In this document: one piece after another, positions 18,448 through 26,610 of the stretch
How positions within the stretch are numbered: the stretch's first letter is position 1
Layout: each line of letters begins with the position of its first letter
Assembly (NCBI GenBank): GCA_030018135.1
Contig: JASEGJ010000002.1
Coordinates: 1,230 to 65,229, forward strand
Reading direction: 5' to 3'
Source: Candidatus Hodarchaeaceae archaeon
GTDB lineage: Archaea; Hadarchaeota; Hadarchaeia; Hadarchaeales; Hadarchaeaceae
DNA length: 64,000 bases
Made by a program: the position numbers and the translations under genes
Notes under the pieces: model-generated
The model's input: only the letters and a program-made list of their open reading frames with translations
Told to the model about the DNA's origin: nothing
The model's database searches: none

Positions 18448-20454
18448 TCACCTCACCGCGCGGCTGATCATGCCCGGCTTTGGCTCGTAAAGATGGCCCC
18501 TCATTTTCTCCTTGTCGATCATCTCATCGACGAAGGACTCCTTGATGCCCTCCAGCGAGGCGAGGCGCTTTATTTCACCGACGGGGGCTGCGCCACCATA
18601 TTCGCCCTCGAGGTCCTTGATTATATCCAGCACGCGCTCCAGCTTCTCACGCTGCGACCTGCTTTTCCCCGTCATCAAGACATCGATGTCCACCCTGCCC
18701 GTCTCCGGGTCTATACCCGCCTCGTGTAGCGATATCTTCACCAACTTAATCGCCCGGTTCGCGTCCTCGACAGTTATGCGGTCGCTCAAGCGCATCCTGG
18801 CATTGGCTTTTGTCAAACGCACGAGTGCCTCAAGTTGCCTAGCGGTGATTGGAAGCGGCATGTCTCCCTTTTCAGCGACTTTCCTCCACTCCACGAAGAA
18901 ATCCTCGATTGCTTTCAACGGCTCCTTACCCTCGAACTTTGGGTCGATGTACTTGCGTGCGTAAATGATTATCTTCCGCAAGGTGTCCATGTCGAGCGGG
19001 GGTTTAACAACTCGCGTTGGCTCGTGATGTAACTCGAGGATGTGGCGTGCGACGACGCGGTCCCGCTCAGCGAACGGCTCATCACGCATGATAAAGATCA
19101 GGTCGAAGCGAGAGAGGATCATCGGTGGCAAATTGATCTGTTCTGCGAGGGGTCTATACTTGTCGAATCTGCCGAGTGCTGGGTTCGCGGCGGCTAAAAT
19201 TGCGGTGCGGGTGTTAAGCGTTGCGACGATGCCTGCCTTGGCCACGCTGACCGTTTGCTGCTCCATCGACTCAAGAATGGCGCTGGCATCCTCTTCGCTC
19301 ATCTTGTCAAATTCATCTATGGCTGCAAGTCCTCCGTCGGATATCACCAGCGCCCCCGCCTCAAGTGCCCAACCGCCGCCTATCTCGTCCCGGACAGCTG
19401 CTGCCGTGAGCCCGGCTCCCGTCGCCTTCTTACCCGAAGTGTAAAGGCCCCGCGGCGCGACCAGCGACGCCCATTTTAGGACCTCCGACTTAGCTGTCCC
19501 CGGGTCACCGGTCAAAAGAATATGGGTATCGCCCCGTTTACGAGTGCCGTCCGGCAGATCTATCGCCGGGCACCCGAAGAGCTGTAGCGCTATGGCCTCT
19601 TTGATGGGCTCGTAACCGTATATGCTGGGTGCGATTGATTGAATGATTAAATTGCGGAGCCACTGATCCTTCGCCAGTTCTTTAATTCTTGCCTCGTCCT
19701 CTGGGCTGAGCTCCGCCTCCTCCACGCCCTTTTGTACGACCTCGATGTGGTTGACAAAAAGTATCTTGCGGAATGTCGTCTTACGTTGCCGTGGCATGCC
19801 CTCTTGAAATACGCGCAGGATTCCGGATATTATCACATGATTTCCGGGCACCGCTTTGTCGACGAAGTCGTCCTTTATAATTCCGTCAAGTTGGCGCGGC
19901 ATCCGCCCGCCGCGCAGTTCCTCCGGGCGCTCTTGAACTCGAATGCTCTGCCAATCCCTGAACTCAGAGCTTTCGATCTCAAGTTTGAACGGTCCTTTTC
20001 TTGAGCAATTCGGGTTCTCACAAATCAACGGTTCCCTGAATACCTCGTCAATCTGCATCACCCGATTTTCCTCACCACAACGCAAACACTTGAACACGGA
20101 TTCCTTGATTTCGGGCTTAACTTCGCTTACGCGCGTTATGATTCCCTCAACTTGGATGAACTTGCCGACCTGCGACGCGCGGATATCGCGTATGAGAGTG
20201 GCCTTATCTATGTTCTTAATGCGAAGATGCGCGCTAGGTAACTTGGTTATCTCCACCAAGATCGCGTCGGCTGTATCGAGGAAGTCGTTCGGGTGCTCCA
20301 GTAGGGCCTTAGCGAGTTCCATATCAAACTCGAGCAACCGCTCAAATTCGATGACGAGGGATTTTTGCCCCTTCGCCGCCAGCCTGCGGAGCTCCTTCAG
20401 AATCCCCCTGGCGTGTAGGAATTCCCCGAGCTTCTCTTTGACTGATGAATCCAA
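18448..20454 (-). CDS. mcm: MCM replicative helicase
   Basis: Zinc motif CLRCG...CENPNC, Walker A GDPGTAKS, Walker B AIDEFDKM, arginine finger SRFDLIF, C-terminal wHTH. A TTG start at 20454 is preceded by GGGGGT and gives about 668 aa. The longest ORF (to 20619) runs through AT-rich promoter-like DNA. Confidence 0.95.
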   Translation of the reverse strand: MDSSVKEKLGEFLHARGILKELRRLAAKGQKSLVIEFERLLEFDMELAKALLEHPNDFLDTADAILVEITKLPSAHLRIKNIDKATLIRDIRASQVGKFIQVEGIITRVSEVKPEIKESVFKCLRCGEENRVMQIDEVFREPLICENPNCSRKGPFKLEIESSEFRDWQSIRVQERPEELRGGRMPRQLDGIIKDDFVDKAVPGNHVIISGILRVFQEGMPRQRKTTFRKILFVNHIEVVQKGVEEAELSPEDEARIKELAKDQWLRNLIIQSIAPSIYGYEPIKEAIALQLFGCPAIDLPDGTRKRGDTHILLTGDPGTAKSEVLKWASLVAPRGLYTSGKKATGAGLTAAAVRDEIGGGWALEAGALVISDGGLAAIDEFDKMSEEDASAILESMEQQTVSVAKAGIVATLNTRTAILAAANPALGRFDKYRPLAEQINLPPMILSRFDLIFIMRDEPFAERDRVVARHILELHHEPTRVVKPPLDMDTLRKIIIYARKYIDPKFEGKEPLKAIEDFFVEWRKVAEKGDMPLPITARQLEALVRLTKANARMRLSDRITVEDANRAIKLVKISLHEAGIDPETGRVDIDVLMTGKSRSQREKLERVLDIIKDLEGEYGGAAPVGEIKRLASLEGIKESFVDEMIDKEKMRGHLYEPKPGMISRAVR

Positions 20455-20690
20455 GTTCGTTACCCCCAAGTGGCAATTGTCGAAAGGGATCCGATCCGGC
20501 TTATAGGAGTTGTCGTGCAAAAATTGAAGTTTATGTTTAAAAGAAAGGAAATTTTTAGATGCGGTTTGCTTATAGATGTGTAAATTTTTTTGATTGTCAA
20601 ATGCAATGCCCCTCCGCACTGAAACGGTCTAATTGGAAGCCCTATCCATCGAAGCCCCGTTGGTATCCCATAAAAATCCTTGAAAGCTGA

Positions 20691-20729
20691 TTTTAAAGCG
20701 TCTTTTGGGAGAGGTCACCGAAAGTAATC
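20691..20729 (-). promoter_or_regulatory. copy A of the GATTACTTTCGGTGACCTCTC..CCAAAAGACGCTTTAAAA promoter element
   Basis: Near-identical to the copies at 39615-39657 and 53051-53092. It ends in a TTTAAA TATA-like box pointing towards mcm. Confidence 0.55.
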
Positions 20730-20989
20730 CCAATTTCCATTTATGGGGGTTTTAAAATTCCTTTCAAAAATAACTTGATTTGGCCGAGATTTTCTATAAA
20801 ACAAGTTCAAATCTCTGAGTTCCAGACGAAGCACTTGAAATAACAGGAAATTTAGGTTTGAAAGCTTCGAGTTTTGACTTAAGCTTCCGATTTTAAATCG
20901 CTCCGAATCTTGATATGCTGCAAGCACGAGCCCCTCAAAGCCCCTGATGTGAAAAATGTTTGACTTTTGCCTAAAAGGGATGATTGGGC

Positions 20990-22288
20990 TCAATGAACCT
21001 TTATGTATTCATAAGCTTGAGTTGCAGACTCGAATGCATAGTGAACCTTCTGATAATCCCTTCTGAACTCTGTTACATCAGCCGCAACTCGTTCCGGGTT
21101 CTCACCGTCTATAACAACACGCTTAATGAACTCTGCTATATCTCCCATCTCCCCCTCCTTCATGCCAAGCCTCGTGACCTCAGATGTCCCGAGCCTTATT
21201 CCGCCCGGATTTTTGTAGTGCCTGCCCTCACGTATGTCCCAAGGTAGTAGGTTGCGATTGAGCACGATGTTCGCCTTCTCGAGTCGTTGCTCCAGCGTGC
21301 CTCCATCACCATACTTGGTGATATCGACGACCAAGGTATGCGAAGCGGTGAAACCGAGGTCAGGACATAAAACGGAGAAACCTCGCTCGTAAAGTGCTTG
21401 GCCGAGGGCCCTCGCATTTTTAATTATTTGGGCCGCGTACTCCTTACCGAACTCGAACATCTCCGCCAATGTTATCGCCAACGCCGCGACCGCATGCAGG
21501 TGGTGATTGCTCACTATGCCGGGGAAGACGGCTTTGTTTACGGGCTCCGCCAGCTCCTTCTTGCACAAGATCATGCCGTGCTGGGGGCCGGGCAGAGTTT
21601 TGTGCGTGCTGCAGGTCATCAACTCGGCTCCTTCCCTGAGCGGGTCTTGAAACTGCCCACCTGCGATCAGCCCCGCGACGTGGGCAGCATCGTACATCAC
21701 GCGAGTGCCGTGTTCTTTCGCTACCTCGCTCAGTTCCTTGACCGGGTGAGGAAACAGGAACACACTCCCCCCGAATGTCAAGAGCTTTGGCTTGACCTCG
21801 GCGATCTTCTTCGCTGTCGCGTCGACATCTATGTTCATGCGCCTCTCGTTGAATGGGAAGTACTCGACTCCCAGCCCGTGAACTGCTCCGGCCGTTCCCC
21901 CGAACTTCTTTTTCCCCATGCTGATGTGACCGCCCGATGCGATTGATAAGCACATCATGGTGTCGCCAGGTTCAGCTAGAGCTGTGTAAGCTGCGAGGTT
22001 GGCGGTTAGCCCAGAGACCGGCTGGACGTTCGCATGCTCCGCCTTAAAAAGCTCCCGGGCTAGCTCCATCGCGAGCAGCTCGACTTGATCGATGTAAATG
22101 CAACCCGCATACACGCGCTCGCCCGGCCAGCCTTCGGCATAGCGGTTACCTAGGTCCGCCGTGAGGGCCTCCCGGACCGCAGGAGAGGGCACGTTCTCGC
22201 TCGCAATTAAATTGATGGTCGTCTTCATCCACTCATGGTGTTTCCTCAATAACTCCAAGGTGCGATCGAATGCCTCCCTAGGGAGCAT
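20990..22288 (-). CDS. glyA: serine hydroxymethyltransferase
   Basis: Typical SHMT blocks (NLIASEN, THKTLPGPQHG with the PLP lysine). Confidence 0.95.
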   Translation of the reverse strand: MLPREAFDRTLELLRKHHEWMKTTINLIASENVPSPAVREALTADLGNRYAEGWPGERVYAGCIYIDQVELLAMELARELFKAEHANVQPVSGLTANLAAYTALAEPGDTMMCLSIASGGHISMGKKKFGGTAGAVHGLGVEYFPFNERRMNIDVDATAKKIAEVKPKLLTFGGSVFLFPHPVKELSEVAKEHGTRVMYDAAHVAGLIAGGQFQDPLREGAELMTCSTHKTLPGPQHGMILCKKELAEPVNKAVFPGIVSNHHLHAVAALAITLAEMFEFGKEYAAQIIKNARALGQALYERGFSVLCPDLGFTASHTLVVDITKYGDGGTLEQRLEKANIVLNRNLLPWDIREGRHYKNPGGIRLGTSEVTRLGMKEGEMGDIAEFIKRVVIDGENPERVAADVTEFRRDYQKVHYAFESATQAYEYIKVH

Positions 22289-23510
22289 GTTGCCACCTCA
22301 ATAACTTTTTGACTTCCTCATATATGGCTGGCACCTCCAGCGGCCGCTCGGAGACCTCAATCACCTCCTCCGGGTCCTTGAGCATGGCCCCGGTCGCTAC
22401 GCAAACTATGCGCTCATCGCCGTCAATTGCACCCTGCTCGACCAGCTTTCTGAGCCCCGCTACCGTCGAAGCGCTCGCCGGCTCCACCCCAATGCCCTCA
22501 AGTTTGGCCAACAGCTTTTGGGCCGCGATGATCTCCTCATCGCTGACGCATTCGGCCGTGCCGCCAGAGGCGCGGATCGCCCTGATCGCCTTGGGGCCGT
22601 TGACCGGCTTGCCTATGCGTATCGCGGTGGCTATTGTCTCGGGATTTTCCACAGGCAAGAACTCATCCAGCCCGCGCTTTATCGCATCCACAATGGGCAT
22701 GGCTCCTTCGGCTTGAATTCCCGTCATCATAGGCATGCCTCCAGTTATGTCCGTCGCGTCGAACTCCAAAAAGCCCTTATAAATGGCCCATATATTGGCG
22801 CAGTTGCCCATCGGCACGACCACCCGATCGGGCACTTCCCAGCCCAACTGGTCCGCGATCTCAAAAGCAATCGATTTCTGTCCCTGCAATCTGAACGGGT
22901 TCACGGAATTAAGTAAATAAATGTCATCTGCCTCATCGCAGACCCTTCGAATAATCGCTAGCGCCTGATCGAAGTTTCCTCTAATCGACAAAACTCGGGC
23001 GCCGTACATGATCGCCTGTGCAAGCTTGCCGAGGGCCACCTTGCCGCTGGGCAACAATACGACGCACCTCAGACCTGCCTTCGCCGCATATGCGGCCAGC
23101 GAAGCCGAGGTGTTGCCAGTCGACGCGCAAGCGACGGCCTTTACGCCGAACTCGAGCGCCTTGGTGACGCCGACCGTCATGCCCCTATCCTTGAACGAGC
23201 CGGTGGGATTTGCGCCCTCGTATTTAACGTGGAGCTCGCGCACACCCACCTCCTCAGCGAGGCGGTCGCAACGATAGAGCGGGGTACCCCCCTCGTGCAA
23301 GGTGACAATTTTTGAATCGTCGAAGATTGGCATGAGCGTGCGGTACTTCCATACGCCCAGCGGGTCCGTCTTCAATCGCTTCCGGTCGAGCTTTTCCGCC
23401 AGCTCATCCAGATTTAGCTCTATCTCGAGCAAGCCCCCGCACCTTGGGCAGGTGTAGAGCTTCTCATGCGGGTCGAACTTGCTATTGCACTTGATGCACT
23501 CATACCGCAT
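22278..23510 (-). CDS. thrC: threonine synthase
   Basis: N-terminal zinc ribbon (CIKC...CPRCGG) and a PLP-fold core with the FKDRG lysine motif. Confidence 0.93.
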   Translation of the reverse strand: MRYECIKCNSKFDPHEKLYTCPRCGGLLEIELNLDELAEKLDRKRLKTDPLGVWKYRTLMPIFDDSKIVTLHEGGTPLYRCDRLAEEVGVRELHVKYEGANPTGSFKDRGMTVGVTKALEFGVKAVACASTGNTSASLAAYAAKAGLRCVVLLPSGKVALGKLAQAIMYGARVLSIRGNFDQALAIIRRVCDEADDIYLLNSVNPFRLQGQKSIAFEIADQLGWEVPDRVVVPMGNCANIWAIYKGFLEFDATDITGGMPMMTGIQAEGAMPIVDAIKRGLDEFLPVENPETIATAIRIGKPVNGPKAIRAIRASGGTAECVSDEEIIAAQKLLAKLEGIGVEPASASTVAGLRKLVEQGAIDGDERIVCVATGAMLKDPEEVIEVSERPLEVPAIYEEVKKLLRWQHAP

Positions 23511-23512
23511 GG

Positions 23513-24529
23513 CTAGTCCCCAAGAGCCGTGTGGATGTCTATTAAGTCGCCGAGGAGCGCGCTGGAGGTCTCCCGAGGGCCGGCCCCAAAACCCGTGATG
23601 GTGACCTCCCGTGCGAGGTCTGTTTCAAACGTCACAGCATTGAGGGTTCCGCCCACCGCAAGTGGGTGACCGACTGGGACAAGCTTCGGCCCTACCTCGA
23701 GGGAGTCACGCTTTGCGACGCCTATCAGCTTCACAGCGTATCCAGCCTCCTGCGCCAAACGAATCGCCTCCGGCCTTATTCTTCTGATGCCAACTACCTT
23801 GACGTCCTTAAGCTTGGCGCTTATGCCAAGGACGGCGTTTGCTAGTATTGTAATCTTGCATGCGGTATCTGTGCCCTCGATATCCAGCGTTGGGTCCTTC
23901 TCCGCTATCCCCAGCTCCTGCGCCTCGCGCAATACAACATCAAAGGGCGCGCCTTCCTTGCTCATGCGAGTGAGGATGTAGTTCGTCGTGCCGTTCAGGA
24001 CGCCGCGGATGGCGTGGACCATGTTGCCTGCCAACATCTTCTTAGCCAGCCCGATCACCGGAACTGCACCGCCAACCGACCCAGAATAACGGAATTCAAC
24101 GCCTTTCTGCTTGGCTAGCCTATCGAGCTCCCGAAAGGCGACGACCAGCGGGCCTTTGTTCGAGGTTATCACATGCCTGCCTGCCATCATTGCCTTTTTG
24201 ATGTGGGTTAGGCCCGGCTCGCCATTTTTGATGTTTGTCGGCGTGAGCTCGAATACCAAATCTGCCTCCACTTCTTCAATCACTTCTAGGGCCGACCTGC
24301 CCTTCTTTCCCCGCGCGGGATAGTCCGCAACCGTGTTGGCCTTTTCCGCTGTCTTGAGCAACTTCTTGACATCAAGGCCGCCCTCGTCGACGGCTGCACC
24401 GTATTCGTCGACCGCCGCAACTACGCTAGGAGTTAATCCATAGTTTGTGAGCAGGAATTCCTTTTTCTCTAGAAGCGAACGTCCGAATGCCCTGCCGAGG
24501 TTTCCAAAGCCTATCATAATTAGCCGCAC
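23513..24529 (-). CDS. hom: homoserine dehydrogenase
   Basis: NAD-binding GFGNLGR N-terminus and the homoserine DH catalytic domain. Sits inside the thr operon. Confidence 0.9.
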   Translation of the reverse strand: MRLIMIGFGNLGRAFGRSLLEKKEFLLTNYGLTPSVVAAVDEYGAAVDEGGLDVKKLLKTAEKANTVADYPARGKKGRSALEVIEEVEADLVFELTPTNIKNGEPGLTHIKKAMMAGRHVITSNKGPLVVAFRELDRLAKQKGVEFRYSGSVGGAVPVIGLAKKMLAGNMVHAIRGVLNGTTNYILTRMSKEGAPFDVVLREAQELGIAEKDPTLDIEGTDTACKITILANAVLGISAKLKDVKVVGIRRIRPEAIRLAQEAGYAVKLIGVAKRDSLEVGPKLVPVGHPLAVGGTLNAVTFETDLAREVTITGFGAGPRETSSALLGDLIDIHTALGD

Positions 24530-25032
24530 TACATCCCCTCTAGCGATGTTATCATCAACAACTTTTTTTCACCCGCTATTTTCTCAAGGCGGGAGAGGGC
24601 CGCTCGGGCACGCTTTTCATCGCTTGCCATAATTGTCGCCCTCGCGGCCGATTCTTCGCCCACCGCCCCCATTGCCAAACTCAGATCCGATACCATAACG
24701 CCGCGAATGACATTGACGCGGTCGATTGTATCGCGAATATCTGTATGGATGATGTGGCCTATCATCAGAACTATGCTCTTCACCATGCCCTCGCGCTCAC
24801 CGATGCGCGTGATGCGGATGCCCATGTTACGAAGCGCGGCAATTATCCGGTTAAGCCTAGCCCTTTCGTCCACATCAAAAATTACGGTGACTGGCACGCG
24901 GCCGAGGGGGGTCTTGCGATCGCGCTGATGCACGACATTCTGAATATTGCCGCCGAACCGTGAAATCGGATCCAGCACCTTGACGAGCTGCCCCGGTACG
25001 TCCTCGAGTTCCATTTCTATTCGCACAAGCAT
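24529..25032 (-). CDS. ACT-domain amino-acid-binding regulatory protein
   Basis: N-terminal ACT-like fold (LVRIEMELEDVPGQLVKVLDPISRFGGNIQNVVH), located between thrB and hom. Confidence 0.7.
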   Translation of the reverse strand: MLVRIEMELEDVPGQLVKVLDPISRFGGNIQNVVHQRDRKTPLGRVPVTVIFDVDERARLNRIIAALRNMGIRITRIGEREGMVKSIVLMIGHIIHTDIRDTIDRVNVIRGVMVSDLSLAMGAVGEESAARATIMASDEKRARAALSRLEKIAGEKKLLMITSLEGM

Positions 25033-25036
25033 CTAA

Positions 25037-25972
25037 TCACTCCTTTGCCACCACCCGAACTCCTAGTCCGGGCGTGGTGATAACTGTTTCGCATCCCACG
25101 CCCGCGCGCTTAAATGCCCTGCGCATCGCGCCCGCAATCTCTTCGGCGTCGCTGCCCACGTCTGCTATCGCGAATACGCTTGGGCCGGATCCCGCCAATG
25201 CCGCGCCGAGAGCACCGGATTTTAGGGCCGCGCGCTTGACATCGTGAAATCCGGGCACAAGGGGGATGCGAACAGGCTCTGCGATGCTATCCACCATGCA
25301 TCTGCCAAAAAGCTTGAGATCACCGGATTTTAGGGCCGCGACCATCGCGCTCGCTTTTCCCACGTTCGCAACGGCATCATGTAATGACACCTCCTTGGGT
25401 ACGAGTTGCCTACCCAACTTTGTGGGCAGCTCCATCGCCGGTTGAGCAACTACTATTTTCATCCGCGGTGGCTCAAGCCTGACGTACTCGAGCGGCTTGA
25501 TCGAGGTTATAATCGTGAACCCCCCCACTAAGGCTGGAGTTACGTTATCGTAATGGGCGCTACCGGCGATCTTGCCCTCCGCCTCTGCGGCCGCCTCTAT
25601 CAGCTGCGTATGGGGCAGCCCGCCATCAAAAAGTTCATTTGCGATCACCGCCCCAGCTACCGCCCCCGCTCCGCTGCTACCGATGCCGCTACCTGGTTTG
25701 ATCCCCTTTTTAATGGTAAACTCCAGCCCCTCATCGCGGCCCATCAGTTCCATCGCGCTCGATGCTGCTATGGAAACCGCATTCTTTTTTGGATCCCTTG
25801 AGATGCCCTCCGCCCCGACGCCGCTGATATTGAGTACCCTGATACCCCTCTTTTTTGAGATCCTGCCTTCAACGATGTCCACCGGCTCGGCGAGCGCTAG
25901 CCCGAAAACATCGAAACCCGGGCCTAGATTGGCGATTGTCGAAGGGGACGACACAACAACGCGCGAGACCAT
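25037..25972 (-). CDS. thrB: homoserine kinase
   Basis: GHMP kinase motifs (NLGPGFDVFGLAL, PGSGIGSSGA). Confidence 0.9.
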   Translation of the reverse strand: MVSRVVVSSPSTIANLGPGFDVFGLALAEPVDIVEGRISKKRGIRVLNISGVGAEGISRDPKKNAVSIAASSAMELMGRDEGLEFTIKKGIKPGSGIGSSGAGAVAGAVIANELFDGGLPHTQLIEAAAEAEGKIAGSAHYDNVTPALVGGFTIITSIKPLEYVRLEPPRMKIVVAQPAMELPTKLGRQLVPKEVSLHDAVANVGKASAMVAALKSGDLKLFGRCMVDSIAEPVRIPLVPGFHDVKRAALKSGALGAALAGSGPSVFAIADVGSDAEEIAGAMRRAFKRAGVGCETVITTPGLGVRVVAKE

Positions 25973-25991
25973 CGGATTCCCAGCCGTCTGA

Positions 25992-26564
25992 TCAAGCCCT
26001 AGCCCGCGGGTACCGCCTGCGGCGGGGTACCAATATTATCAGCAAGCCGCCCTTGATCTCAACTGTATACTCGCTCGGCGCCGCATCCGGCGGTAGCTCA
26101 AATGCCGCAAAATAGGCCTCGCCACTACGTTTGCGCGCGATGACCTCCAGCGTATTCCCCAGTTGCCTTACTTCAACGTCATTTTTGCCCACATCGGAAA
26201 CCTGCATCGTCAAAACTACTTCATTCAGCTTTTCGATTTTTCCGACATTAGTCTCAAGCATTTTCGTCACTGGCCTCACCTCGCGAGGTTTGGCCTCGGC
26301 CCCCAGCGGGGCACGTTTGGGCGCGGATGGAATTTCCTCGATAACTGGCGCCACCCTTGCTGGGCGCTCGCGCTCGCCTATTCTCGTTACCTTGACTTCG
26401 GGCTTGCCCTTGCCATCGTCCCTTATTTCTATCTTGAAACCGGAAACGCCCGGCATCCGCTCGAACCCACTTATGTCCACCCTCTCGAACTCGCGGTCGA
26501 AGTCCCTAAACATTCGCCGCATTCGCCTGAAAAACTCATCGAACGGGTCCATTGTCAGCACCAA
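25992..26564 (-). CDS. Hsp20/alpha-crystallin-like protein (divergent)
   Basis: The C-terminal half resembles an ACD (DVEVRQLGNTLEVIARKR...YTVEIKGGLLIILVPRR). The N-terminal part is not recognised. Confidence 0.45.
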   Translation of the reverse strand: MVLTMDPFDEFFRRMRRMFRDFDREFERVDISGFERMPGVSGFKIEIRDDGKGKPEVKVTRIGERERPARVAPVIEEIPSAPKRAPLGAEAKPREVRPVTKMLETNVGKIEKLNEVVLTMQVSDVGKNDVEVRQLGNTLEVIARKRSGEAYFAAFELPPDAAPSEYTVEIKGGLLIILVPRRRRYPRARA

Positions 26565-26610
26565 ACATCATTAAAGTCTTTAATCAGCATTTATATTTAG
26601 GAGTGGTGCC

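Noticed and set aside
20691-20729. Reading the three GATTACTTTCRGTGACC...CCCC repeats as Orc1-binding ORB boxes.
   Set aside because: Relative to the G-run strand, the G-string lies 5' of the dyad-like part, which is the opposite of canonical ORBs. The dyad is poor. Every copy ends in a TATA-like box at promoter distance from a gene in a fixed orientation. A promoter or operator role explains this better.
20715-20993. 92-aa ORF in the AT-rich tract upstream of mcm.
   Set aside because: Low-complexity, Phe/Asn/Leu-rich product of AT-rich intergenic DNA. It overlaps the shared promoter element and the glyA stop, with no ribosome-binding site or recognisable fold.
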